A model generated the notes under the pieces. That model made no database searches, was not told the origin of the DNA, and worked only from the letters and a program-made list of their open reading frames with translations. Positions 25,119 to 43,045 of a stretch of DNA of 64,000 bases are shown piece by piece (position 1 is the stretch's first letter; each line of letters starts with the position of its first letter). This stretch comes from the human T2T-CHM13v2.0 reference genome, Homo sapiens. The stretch is taken from NCBI RefSeq assembly GCF_009914755.1, contig NC_060925.1, one strand, 5' to 3'. A program made the translations under genes and the position numbers.

Positions 25119-25380
25119 CAGTATGCCCTCCATATCCATAGATTCACCTAACTACCCATTGAAAATATTTGTTAAAGGAAAAGGATTTCCCTTGAACTGA
25201 ACATGTATAGAATATTTTTTCTTGTCACTTTTTCTTGTTCGGGCTGCATTCCACTGTTACCGTTGTTACTCTCATGTAGAACAACCATTTACATAGCATT
25301 TATATTGTATTAGATATTATCATCTAGAGATAAAGTATGCAGTAGTATGTGTGCAGGTTATATTCAAATATATTCAAATT
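25119..25380 (+). mobile_element. Tigger3-like DNA transposon, right end missing
   Basis: CAGTATGCCCTCCATATCC...GAAAATATT...ACTGAACATGTA...ACATAGCATTTATATTGTATTAG...TCTAGAGAT...GTGCAGGTTATAT. Confidence 0.75.
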
Positions 25381-25456
25381 AGATATTACCATCTAGAGAT
25401 AAAGTTTGCAGAGATATTATCATCCAGAGATAAAGATCTTATATTATCTAGAGATT

Positions 25457-32238
<6,782 letters not shown>

Positions 32239-32544
32239 TCTTACTGGATTTTTTAATGCCACTATCCGGCAGTGATTAAATAGCAAGTTCAAGTGATTAA
32301 ATCTGATCCAATCACTACACTTTTCCTTTAAAATTGCTATTAGGTTTTGTAAGTAAGGAAGTGGAGGCATTTTTGTAAGTGCATTAACTCTCAAAGGCCA
32401 CAAAAGTACGTTTTTAAACTTATGGATCAAGTTGTGTGGATACGATTTCAGACCCCCAGAGGTTCTTTCAACGTGTCTAGTGTCCAGCACAGCGCACCTG
32501 GTCAGAGTTTCGTTGTAACTTACAGCACCATGTTTTCTTTGGAG

Positions 32545-32724
32545 TGTTGTTCAGGGGTCTCTTGCATCAGAATGGCCTGAACTGCTTGTTAGGAATGCAG
32601 CTTCCTGATCTTACCGTCCAGTTTCTGATTCAGTAGGTCTGGAGTGAGCCTTGGAAAACTGCATTTTATTTAGCATAATCCCCTGGGGGATTGGGGGCTC
32701 CCCAAAGTTTGAGAACCACCGCTA
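32545..32724. mobile_element. MER5A-like hAT-Charlie MITE
   Basis: GCATCAGAAT...TTCTGATTCAGTAGGTCTGG...AAAGTTTGAGAACCAC. Confidence 0.75.
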
Positions 32725-33455
32725 AGGGCTATTATGTTTCTGCAGGCAAACATATTTTTCTTTTTTTGTTTTATGTAATACAAAGTAGGAGTTTAAAAAT
32801 TTATTTTTGGTAAAACTAGAACACTGTCTTCAAATTAGTAAGAGCCTTGTGTAGGAGAAATATTCTCTTCAAAAATCCCTCCACGAAATTGATCTTAAAA
32901 AGACTAGCTGAGTCAAATCCTAACAGATCTGTCCTGTATCTGGCTGCCACCTTTCAAAATTGCTGACCTTATGCTTACATATTCGAATGCTTCCTGGAAG
33001 TCAAAACATATTTTCAAAAGTTTCTAATGGAAAAGAACTAAGCCTGTCACTTGGTTTTAAAAGGTGGAAATTGAAATAAGACAAAATGGTTGAGATTAAT
33101 TTCACATCACAAGAATACAGGTAAGAAAAGAATACAAATTTCCATAACTTCTATCAACTATCTTTTAGGTTGAGGATATTATGAAATAATCCTTCCCTTC
33201 CCAACCAACAATGAAGATGATTGATACAGCCATCATACTGAAGGATTCCTACTGTGTCAGCAATTATATTAATTTCTTATAGAAATATAAAGAGTATAAC
33301 CTTCAAAAACTGGGTATTGTTAAATTATACATTGGATTCTGTTAAATGATAACAAATAAATATAAATATAAATAGTTAAATTAAAAATATATAGATATTA
33401 CTTAATAGGTATAAGATACTCAAATTTATGAATGTACTTAAGTTTCTTTGTTTTA

Positions 33456-33667
33456 CAGTGAGAACACTTGGACACAAGAAGGGAAACATCACACACCAGG
33501 GCCTGTTGTGCAGTGGGGGGGAGGGGGAAGGGATAGCGTTAGGAGATATACCTAATGTAAATGACGAGTTAATGGGTGCAGCACACCAACGTGGCACATG
33601 TATACATATGTAACAAACTTGCATGTTGTGCACATGTACTATAGAACTTAAAGTATAATTTTAAAGA
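33456..33667 (+). mobile_element. Short L1PA 3' end
   Basis: L1PA 3'UTR; TSD AAGTTT(C/A)TTTGTTTTA. Confidence 0.9.
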
Positions 33668-33902
33668 AAGTTTATTTGTTTTAAAATTTCATACATTATG
33701 AATTTACTATGTCCCCTATTACAATGGTCTCCACAATGAAGAGACCCTCACTGTCCTATTATGTTCCCCCAAGTAGTTTTATAATTTCTTTCATATGAGT
33801 CCTCTATCTTTCTTCAGTCTACATTCCACTGTTACTATTGTTACTCTCGTATATAACTCTATTGCTACTGATTAACTTGTTTTGGTGGAAGTGTTTCCCT
33901 GT

Positions 33903-34543
33903 TGTATTAGATAGGGTTCTCCAGAGAGATAAAACCAATAGAATGGATGGATGGATGGATGGATGGATGGATGGATGGATGGATGGATGGACAGATGAAT
34001 GGACATACAGACAGACAGTTCAGAAGGAATTTGTTAGAGGAATTGGCTCACTGGGTTATGGAAACTGAGAAGGTCCAGGACAGGGCAATTGTAAGCTGGA
34101 GACCCTGGGATTCCATTGGTGTTGCTCAGCCCAAATCTGAAAGCTTCAGAATCAGGGAATCTGATGGCATAATTCTCAATACGAGGCCAAAAGCCTAGGA
34201 ACCTGGGGACCACTGGTGTTAAGTCCTGGAGTCCAAAGGCCAGAGAGCCTGGAGTTCTGATGTCCAAGGGCAGGAGAAGAAGAATGTTCCAGCTCCAGGA
34301 GAGAGAGAGAAATCACCTTTCCTCTGCCTTTTTCATTCAATCTAGCCCCCACCACACACACACTTACAGCTGTTTGGCTGACGCCCACCCAAGTTGAGAA
34401 CAGATCTTCATAACTCACTCCACCAACTCGCATGCCAACCTCCTCTAGAAACACCCTCACAGACACACCCATGATAATGCTTTACCAGTTTTCATGGGTA
34501 TTCCTTAATTCAATCAAGTTGACACCTAAAATTAAAGATAACA
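33903..34543 (-). mobile_element. MLT2 (ERVL) solo LTR containing (GGAT)n
   Basis: TGTATTAG..GGGTTCTCCAGAGA...CAAGTTGACAC..AAAATTAA..ACA; 5-bp TSD CCTGT (33898-33902, 34544-34548). Confidence 0.88.
33943..33990. repeat. (GGAT)n microsatellite
   Basis: About 12 perfect units. Confidence 0.95.
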
Positions 34544-34692
34544 CCTGTGCTATGATAAATTGGCAACATTGATTAAATGTCCATGAACACCAAGTACTAA
34601 GATAAAAATTGCAGTGTCCAATGAAGCATAAATGAAGGTCATCTAATCCAGGCAAGAAAATGGCATGCAAATTGTTGAAAGAATGCCTAGAA

Positions 34693-34722
34693 ACACACAC
34701 ACACACACACAGTCACACACAC
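34693..34722. repeat. Interrupted (CA)n microsatellite
   Basis: Direct reading. Confidence 0.9.
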
Positions 34723-36597
34723 ATAGGTAAGTCCAACTATCCACAAGCAATCTCTCTGTATGTGTTTTGTATCCCAAGTCAGACAAGTCTAAGCTCTTCT
34801 GGTTTGAGGAGGTAGCTAGTGTGGGTCAATGTACCTATTTCTATGAAGCCCATGGTCCACGCTTGCCTGTCACACTTCCTCACTTAGCATACTGGGAGCC
34901 AGAGCCCTGATATTTTGAAATGCTGTTTATTAATAACAAGTCCATGGGTCTAGCTAGAAATTCGTGAGATTATTTGCATTAAGGAATTTGGGGCCTGGGA
35001 GTTTACTTCATGTCTTTGTCACTTCTTGTAAGACAGCACCATTTCTTGGTAACAATGGACACTATGAGTTGGACACTAAAAAGGCTCTGGTTACATTAGT
35101 AACTTTATTTCAACTGTAGCACTTACTCTATGCTTTTTTTTCTTCTACCTAGTGTTTTAAAATGTATATCTATATCTTCTCTTTAAGGATATGTAACTTA
35201 GTGAACACTCATCTTCTTTCTCACTACTTTCAGCCTACCGTGTTTATCTAATTCCTATTTCATTTCGATCAGGGCTTTACACATTTTTATAAGTTGAAAG
35301 ACTTAATCGAATTACTTCTTTACTCTTACTTTTTAGACTGTATTTTTAAAAAAAATCTCATGTGTTTATTTGATTTTGGAATACTCTTTTTCCAAAAGAG
35401 GGCTGGTAGGTGTCTTTGTGTTGCAAATATTCTGATTGTTAATTGCCTGAGTCAATATCAAGGAATTGTCTATAGGCCATCACATTTAAATGCCAGTTTG
35501 GCTAGATATAAAATTTCAGTTTCAAAATTATCTTTTCTTCAAGTTAGATTGGCGGCACCTCTCTGAAACCCTTGGAGTCACATAAAGTTTCAGAATCTGA
35601 ATGACTTAAGAAAGGCTCCTTAATACACACACCATATGTAGAGTGTTACATAGCTAGACCAATTAGGTCCAGGTTATGACTCTCAAATCAAATACACCAA
35701 TATATCTGCAGCAAGACATATAAACATTCTTGCTAAAATGGGGTTTTTCAAAGATTATAGACTTTTGCCACCTCACATTAGATATTTTTCTAACAAATTT
35801 TGTTACCAAATTTTCACAAATGCACAAGCTTTTATTTCCATTTGGAGGGTGTTTCAAAAGTATATATATAAGATTTAGCGTGAACAGTATAAAATTACTT
35901 CAGGTATTTTTATTTGATTTTGATCCCTCCTTCTTTTCTTTAACTGTTTATGTTAACAAATTCTAAACTTACAGAAAAGCTACTGTATCCTCAACTATAT
36001 TTTCTAAATGGACTTATTTTTTTCTCCTTTCTCAGGTATGCCAATGAGTCACAGATTTGATCTCTTTGCATAATCCCATATTTCAAAGAAGTTTTGTTCA
36101 TTTTTAAAATTCTTTTCTCTTTACTTCTGTCTGACTGAGTTAATTGGAAGACTCTCAAGCTCTGAGAGTCTTTCCTCAATTTGGTCTATTCTGTTGTTAA
36201 TGCTTCTGAGTGTACGATGAAATTCTTAAAGTAAATTTTTCAATTCTAGAAGTTCAGTTTTTTTCTTTCTTAAAATGGCTATTTTGTCTTTCAGCTCCTG
36301 GATTATTTTATTGAATTCATTGTATTGGGTTTTGACTTTCTCCTAAATCTTGATGAGCTTCCTTACCTCCAGAGTCTGAATTCTATGTCAGTCATTTCCG
36401 TCTGCTTAATTATCATTACTGTGGGGTTGGGGTATTCGTTTGGAGATAAGGCGACATTCTATCTTTCTGAATTGCCAGAGTTCTTATGCTGATTCTTTCT
36501 CATGTGTGAGGGCTGGTGTTCCTTTAACTGTAATGTAAGTTTAGTATAGACAGTTGGCTTCATTTCTAGGTGCTTTCTTAGGGCCAACACTCTGCAT

Positions 36598-37027
36598 TGA
36601 TAAAAGAAAAACTTCAGCCAAATTAAATTTAAATGAGTTTAATTGAGCAATGAATGATCGTGAATCGGGGAGCCCTCAGAATCACAGCAGTTTCAGAGAT
36701 ACTCCAGGGGTGCCTTGTGATCAGAACGAATTTATAGACAAAAAAGGTAAAGTGAGGTACAAGAATCGGAAGTGAGGTACAGAAAGAGTGAGATTGGTTA
36801 CAGCTCGGCGTTTGCCTTATTTTAACACAATTTGAACATTCCGCAGTCTACGAGTAGTTGAAGTATGGCTGCTGGGACTAGCCAACACTCAGCCATTGTT
36901 ACAGGTGCATACCATTAAGTTAGGTTTTCAATTTTGTCTCACAAGGTTAGGGTTCATCCACAAGGACTCAAATATAGAAGTATGGAGTATGGAGTTCTTC
37001 TAAGGCCATGTTTAGTTTGCTTTAACA
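36598..37027 (-). mobile_element. MER57 (ERV1) solo LTR
   Basis: Reverse complement begins TGTTAAAGCAAACTAAACATGGCC...GAGTCCTTGTGGA, matching the recalled MER57A/B consensus. Confidence 0.82.
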
Positions 37028-37452
37028 GTACAGAATCTTTATTTGTGGCTGAAATTTTTGCCTTAGGTTTCACAGGCACTGTATACTGGCAAAATATTTT
37101 TGGTGTTGTAATTTGGGTACAATATAGTAAGAGTGGTGGTCAGCAGACAGACTTACTCAGCTGCACAGCTCTCGCATTTTGGCATGTTCACAGTAGTGCT
37201 CTGTTGGGGCGGAGGGGAAGAGAACTAACCCCCTCACCAGATCCACTCCTGAATCTTGGAGGATCCCCCTCAAATCACTGGCACCATGCTCTCATTTTCC
37301 TTACTCGGGTGTTCTGGGCCACAGGGCTCCCTCAGGCAGGGGACATGGCTGACAAGCTGTACTCTTTCCAGACTAGCCCTGCAGAAAGAGCAACATTCTG
37401 CTCCTCCACCAGCCCAGATGTCTCATCCTTCTCAGTGTTCTGAGAGTGTGGA

Positions 37453-37742
37453 TTTTTTTTTTTCCAGATGGAGTTTTCGCTCTTGTTGCCCAGGCTAGAA
37501 TCCAATGGCGTGATCTCAGCTCCCCGCAACCTGTGCCTCCCGGGTTCAAGCAATTCTGCCTCAGCCTCCTGAGTAGCTGATTACAGGCATGCGCCACCAT
37601 GCCCAGCTAATTTTCTATTTTTAGTAGAGATGGGGTTTCTCCACATTGGTCAGGCTGGTCTTGAACTCCTGACCTGAGGTGATCTGCCCACCTCAGCCTC
37701 CCAGAGTGCCGGGATTACAGGTGTGAGCCACCACACCCGGTC
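37453..37742 (-). mobile_element. AluS (Sq/Sp-like)
   Basis: Dimer with GAGTTTTCGCTCTTGTTGCCC. Confidence 0.92.
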
Positions 37743-39815
37743 GAATGTGGGTGTTTTAAGAGTGTGGGCTCCCCCAACTGCTTGAATGCTTTCCAAGCTG
37801 GCAAATCTGCCAGGCTAGGAGCAGCAGGGATGGGTTGAGTTGCCCAATCTGCCATCCAGGTGCTTTTCAGGGGAACATGGAGATGTATAGCCTAGCAGAG
37901 GTCAGGTAGGGGTAGAGCTGGAAGCTGGTACTGAGCCTGGTCTGGTAGAGAGGAGTGTAGCAATTTGACTTCTCCCCAGCACCATGACTGCAGGCTCTAT
38001 TGGGACTATGGCAGCTGGTACTGGGCTGCTCTGGGGTTCAAGACCTGTGAGGCTCCCTGTGGAGTAAAGTGTTGCCTCCATCAAAACTTCTGGGGGCTCT
38101 CTGAATTCATCTAGAGGCCTGGGAGGGCCAAGGGAATTCTCCTCTTCCCAGGATTGCAAAGGTCCCTTTTAGAAACTGTGTATCCTCTTGGGGGGTCTCA
38201 CTCACCCTTTCTCCTTGTTAGAGAGCTCCTGCTGGCTCCAGGCCAGGCCTCAGTGGGCTGTTGCTTGGCTTCACTCTCCTCTGTTCTCCATGTCCCTTTA
38301 TTCCCTTGATGGATCTCAACCTGGTTTCTTAGATAATCTTCCTGTACAGTCAGTTTACTCACCACTTTGTTTCCTCTCCATGAGAGCAGCACACACTTGC
38401 TGCTTCTAGTCTGCCATCTTGACTCCATCCTCCTATATTTCCAATTTTTTAGTTCCACCCTAACTCCTTATGAGGAAGTTTTCTATCAGATCCTATCTCA
38501 TTCTATAACTAGAATAATTTATATTATTATTATATAGCAAACTATTATGTGTGGAGCCAGGTCTTTTGAACTCCAAAACTTAAGCTCTTAACACTCATGT
38601 TCTCTTTCTTGTATCAACATGTTAAAGGAAAATATTGGAGAGAAAAAGAAGTGTCATTTTTCACAAATAGTGTTTCTCATATGCTATATTATATTCAGAG
38701 TTTTGGACATTATATATAAATATATCCAATGTAAGGTATTCCATATAGTTGGTTTCAAATTGAGTATATCAACATAATTGTATAATTTTGTATAATCTTA
38801 ATTTAAACTTCATTAATTTTATGAAGTTCATATATTCTTTATATCTACCTTTCAAGAAGAAAGGCAGGAAAATATTTGATGCAGAAAGCTTTAAAAGGCA
38901 AGATATGCTATATAATTCTGGGTCTTAAATATGCAAAATAAAAAAAAAACGAGGTAAAACAGAGAAATTATTGAGGGCTTTCCATGCCAGAGTGAGGAGT
39001 AATGCACTTTTCCCAAAGAAAATGGAGAAGTATTCAATGATTTCAAGTAGGGTAGAAATATGAATTATAGAGAGAGCTGGCTCAATGAAAACAACTGATT
39101 AGAGAAATTAACCTGGAAAGGGGAAGATCAAGCAATTTTTGAAAATATCCCAGTCAGTAAATGCTTTGATTCTACATTTTGGAGGAAGTTGATTTCCAGC
39201 AAAGGGACAATGATATGGCCACAGAGGACACAGAGAATATGGTCCAACAATAATTGAGAGAGCATCTTAATGAGAGCTGATTAGGGAAAAGCCAAATGAG
39301 CAAGTCAGTACCTCAACAAGACTTTCTTGTGCTGTGGCAGAACGTTTCTTCTAAAATGTAAGAAGCTACAGCCCATTTTGTGCATAGGCCACATAAATCA
39401 TAGTAGGTGGAGGAAGAGTCAGGTATCAATATGCAGATATCCAGAAAAAGGTTCCAGCCTCCTAAAAGATGGCAAGAATAACCAGAGTTCGACACCACAC
39501 ACAGCACATACTCTAAACACTGGAACAGTTACCTATTTCCAGACACACTTCCACCACATCCACCCTAACCCAACTCAACTATCATAATATAGGGAAAAAA
39601 ATTTTTAGATCATCTTGATGCAACAATTCATAATCAATACTCCAAATGATGTAACTGGTGATTACAGTCCATCTTCATCACACACACCCAAGAGCAACAC
39701 TTTGACATCGGCCACTCACTCACATAGGCATAGCCAGTCTTTCCAATTGTCTGTATAAATGTGTGACACTGTACGCCACTTTTCTCTTGTAGGTTCTACC
39801 CGTCACCTACAGATA

Positions 39816-40082
39816 ATGGTGAGTAAATACAAGAACAATGTTCTGCTGAAAGGATTAGAAGCCATCAATGACTATCACTTCAGCATAATTAATTCCTTAC
39901 TGATCAATGATTTAAAACTTAATTCAACAAGGAGAGACGAATATGACAAAATTCAGATTGCCGACTTGATGGAAGAAAAGTTCCCAGGTGATGCTGGTTT
40001 TGGCAAACTGAGAACTCTTCAAAGAAATACCAACACTGGGAGAGGAGACCTTGCTGAAACTCTTAGAAAAGTCAAAAGGTAA
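39816..40082 (+). pseudogene. Pseudogene PYD exon; open 88-aa pyrin-only reading frame
   Basis: Acceptor TAG 39790-39792, ATG 39816, [36 protein letters not shown]...[23 protein letters not shown]...[12 protein letters not shown]. The ancestral donor GT 40079-40080 overlaps TAA 40080-40082. Confidence 0.9.
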
Positions 40083-40377
40083 TTGGGAAAAGGGAATTCT
40101 CCCCTCCCTGCCACTGTCCCTAAACCCTTCCCAACCTTGAATAGAACCTCAGCTTCATTATGGTTAATATATCCATTTCCCAATTTATGCCTCAGCGGTC
40201 ATGATATTGTTGGTACTTTGCATGTCAACAAGTTGACAGCATAGAGCATTCCCATTCCAGTGGATTCATATGTTTTGAAGGGTGTATCTGGGGTATGGAG
40301 TAAAAGCAATAGATAAAAGTTGTCGATGAAAGACCGAGGCTTCTGGTATGATAAAAAGGTTAGAAGGTGGTGAATCA

Positions 40378-40448
40378 AGCCGGGTGCAGTGGCTTACAGC
40401 ACTTTGGGAGGCTGAGGCGGGCAGATCCCTTGAGGTCAGGAGTTTGAG
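40378..40448 (+). mobile_element. Alu left-arm remnant
   Basis: GCCGGGTGCAGTGGCTTA...GAGGTCAGGAGTTTGAG flanked by the direct repeat AGAA(G/A)GTGGTGAATC. Confidence 0.8.
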
Positions 40449-40915
40449 AAAGTGGTGAATCTAAATTTAAAAATGATGTTTTATATGTTAAATATATCAA
40501 TTAACCTATTGTTTCACTTGCTCTATTAAGGCTATTTACACTATCACCATTATCCTCTGTAGTAACAAAGAGGAGACAATACTTCAATGAAAGCCTACCT
40601 GTCAGAGAGACAAACTACCTTTTTAAAAAAACACAGATTTAATTTTTTTTCAAAAGGCAAAGTTCAGAATCACCATATAGTCACCTCATAAACCTATATC
40701 ATATTTCATTTCACTGGTTTCTGTAATTTGAATAGATTATCTCTGGAGCATGTCCAAGAAGTTAGACTTGTGAAAATATGACAGTTTTACAAGTAAATGA
40801 TAGGAGAACCGGGATTGGGAAACATCTGACTGAGGCACATGGAGTTCGCAGGACAGAAAGGATGTTCTCCGTGAACAGGGGAGGAGTAATGAAAGCACTG
40901 AGGAGCATGAGACTT

Positions 40916-40947
<32 letters not shown>
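40916..40947. repeat. (TGCCTG)n hexanucleotide microsatellite
   Basis: About 5 units. Confidence 0.9.
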
Positions 40948-41113
40948 TTATGACTATCGACCTCATTGAGGCCAGGCTGGATTAATACAGTTGAGTACAC
41001 TAAAGCACACCTGAATGCTTAAGCAGGAACTGAGACAAAACAGCATAGAGATTGTTTCACCTCCCATAGATCATCTGCTCTGGGTTTAGATGTCCTCCTT
41101 TTTTCTTTATTGG

Positions 41114-41259
41114 TTGTGAATAAAATTAAATCCATTCCAGCAAAAGGAAAAACCTCATCAAAGAAGAGGAAGCAGAGAAAAGTAGGTCCAACTACACCTT
41201 TAGCAACCACAGACAAGAAGTTCACAGCTGAAGGAGGAGAGGAGACTCCTATAGCTCAG
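41114..41259 (+). pseudogene. Pseudogene exon-3 homolog (acceptor mutated AG>GG)
   Basis: (V)VNKIKSIPAKGKTSSKKRKQRKVGP...EETPIAQ with donor GTAAGC at 41260, flanks homologous to MNDA exon 3. GG at 41112-41113 where MNDA has AG. Confidence 0.88.
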
Positions 41260-41799
41260 GTAAGCTTGAGTAAGAGGAGCAGGCTTCAATTCCCACAGAA
41301 GAAACTGCCATGGCTCTTCCACTCTGTCTCTCCAGCAGGCAGTTTTTCTTCATTAGTTTCTCATCAAGCTTCAGATTTATCAAATTGCATAATAATTAAT
41401 CTTGTTTGTAAAAAGCAATGAGCTAAACACTTTAGTAAATATATATCGCACAAATATAGTATCTTCACCCCCCAATAGAGAAGAGTGTTAACTTCAGGTT
41501 CAGAGGGGAAAATGCTTTGTTCATATTTATAAAAACCTAGTTTTTTAATTGCAAGTCAGTACATCCCCAAACACTAGTACTTAGAGGAATGATGTGTATA
41601 ACTTTCTAGTGTCTCTTTTTTTTTTTTTTTTTAATGAAGCCATCTATGCCCTGTCTTACAATAGGCCAGGAAATGTGCACCAATCCTTTGTTTCCAGAAA
41701 GACAATTGACATATAACAAACCTACTACCCAGTAATGAAAATGTGCTCTACTTCATTTGTCACTGAAAACAAATAACAGGAAAATCAAACCACTTTCAG

Positions 41800-41966
41800 A
41801 AAAGAAAAAACCCAACCAAAGAAAAGGCTGGAACCAAAAGGAGTAAGATATCCGAGGAGCAGACTCAGCCTCCCTGTCCTGCAGGAGCCGGCATGTCCAC
41901 AGCCATGGGCATTCCCCACCTCCCCAGACCTCATCATCAGCTCCACCCAACACTTCCTCAACTGAG
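41800..41966 (+). pseudogene. Pseudogene exon-4 homolog (S/T-rich linker, 1-nt frameshift)
   Basis: AG 41798-41799; [37 protein letters not shown], then a 1-nt deletion near 41910; GT 41967-41968; 167 nt vs 168 in MNDA. Confidence 0.9.
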
Positions 41967-42933
41967 GTACACTCTCCCTGGTCCCCTTTTGCTTTGTTTT
42001 CTTCAACCCCAAATATAAAAATTTTATCTCCTACTTAAAAATAACATGGATAATTAGCCAAATAATCCAATGTATATACTGAGAATTAGCTAGAGTTTAA
42101 TCTTTTGCTTCCATAGGATACTCGATAAATTTGATATTATCTCTGACATCAGGAGGTTTTCTGTCCTGTGTTGTTTGGGAGAAATATAGAGAGGTATGGA
42201 GTTCAGAATAGTACAGGTAGATACAGCAGTGTGTTCACAGTTTACTGCTTCAGTCTCTTTTACGCCTCTTCCCTCTGCTCAATAACCTGTTAAAGTTTCT
42301 TTGATCCACAATATGTTCTTTTCTTCCTCAGCGTTTTCACACACCATAGTCCCTCTCCCTGTAAAACTCTTAAATGGCTAAATAGAGGTACTCTGTGGAT
42401 CCCAATATTGATATTCCGTCCTCAGGGAATCATCCCTGGAACCACGTTCAGACTAGGTAAAATATTTACGGTGTTCACTTTAGTAGAATCTCATTTTTTC
42501 CTACCAATTATGTTAACTACAACTAATAAATGTTTGTCCATTCAATTTATTCTGTGTTGTAAGATTACAAGCTGCTTGTTGATCTGGTGAATCCCTGTAA
42601 CCCAGAGATTTCTTTGAGTGACAGAAAGTACTGAAATGTGAATCTGCACAGCTAATGAAGGACAAATGAGAGTTATCTAATCCAGCCATGAAAACCATGA
42701 AGGTTATATTTTTGTGAGGCCTAAAACAGTACAAAAACAAACAAAGTGGTGGAATAGGATGGAGAGTTGAAATTGTGGAAATCCAGGCAGAAGGAAGACT
42801 ATACACCACGTCTTGGAAAATAAAGGAAGTGGGTTGCAATTTATAATTACGTGTTCATTCTTATTAGGTTGTACTACTTTTAAAGTGGCTTCTCATATTT
42901 TGCTATATCTCACATCATTGTTCATCTGATAAT

Positions 42934-43045
42934 ATATGAAAACTCCAATGTGTTTCTTATTCCAGAAAGGGGAGTAATTCTTATTCATGATATGAAAACT
43001 CTAATGTGTTTCTTATTCCAGAAAAGGGAGTAATTCTTATTCATG
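42934..43045. repeat. 56-bp tandem duplication
   Basis: ATATGAAAACTC(C/T)AATGTGTTTCTTATTCCAGAAA(G/A)GGGAGTAATTCTTATTCATG twice, 2 mismatches. Confidence 0.92.

Larger units (their letters stand above)
35990..38430 (-). mobile_element. L1 5'UTR/ORF1 fragment, antisense (L1PB/MA-like), interrupted by MER57 and an Alu
   Basis: Reverse strand starts ...GGAGTCAAGATGGCAGACTAGAAGCAGC (L1 5' end with YY1-like motif) and has ORF1-like sequence at 36.0-36.4 kb. Confidence 0.75.

Noticed and set aside
33838-34198. MDGW-repeat peptides
   Set aside because: Translation of the (GGAT)n microsatellite in MLT2.
36934-37443. 169-aa ORF
   Set aside because: Spans a MER57 LTR end and antisense L1 5' sequence; non-ATG start; no recognisable domain.
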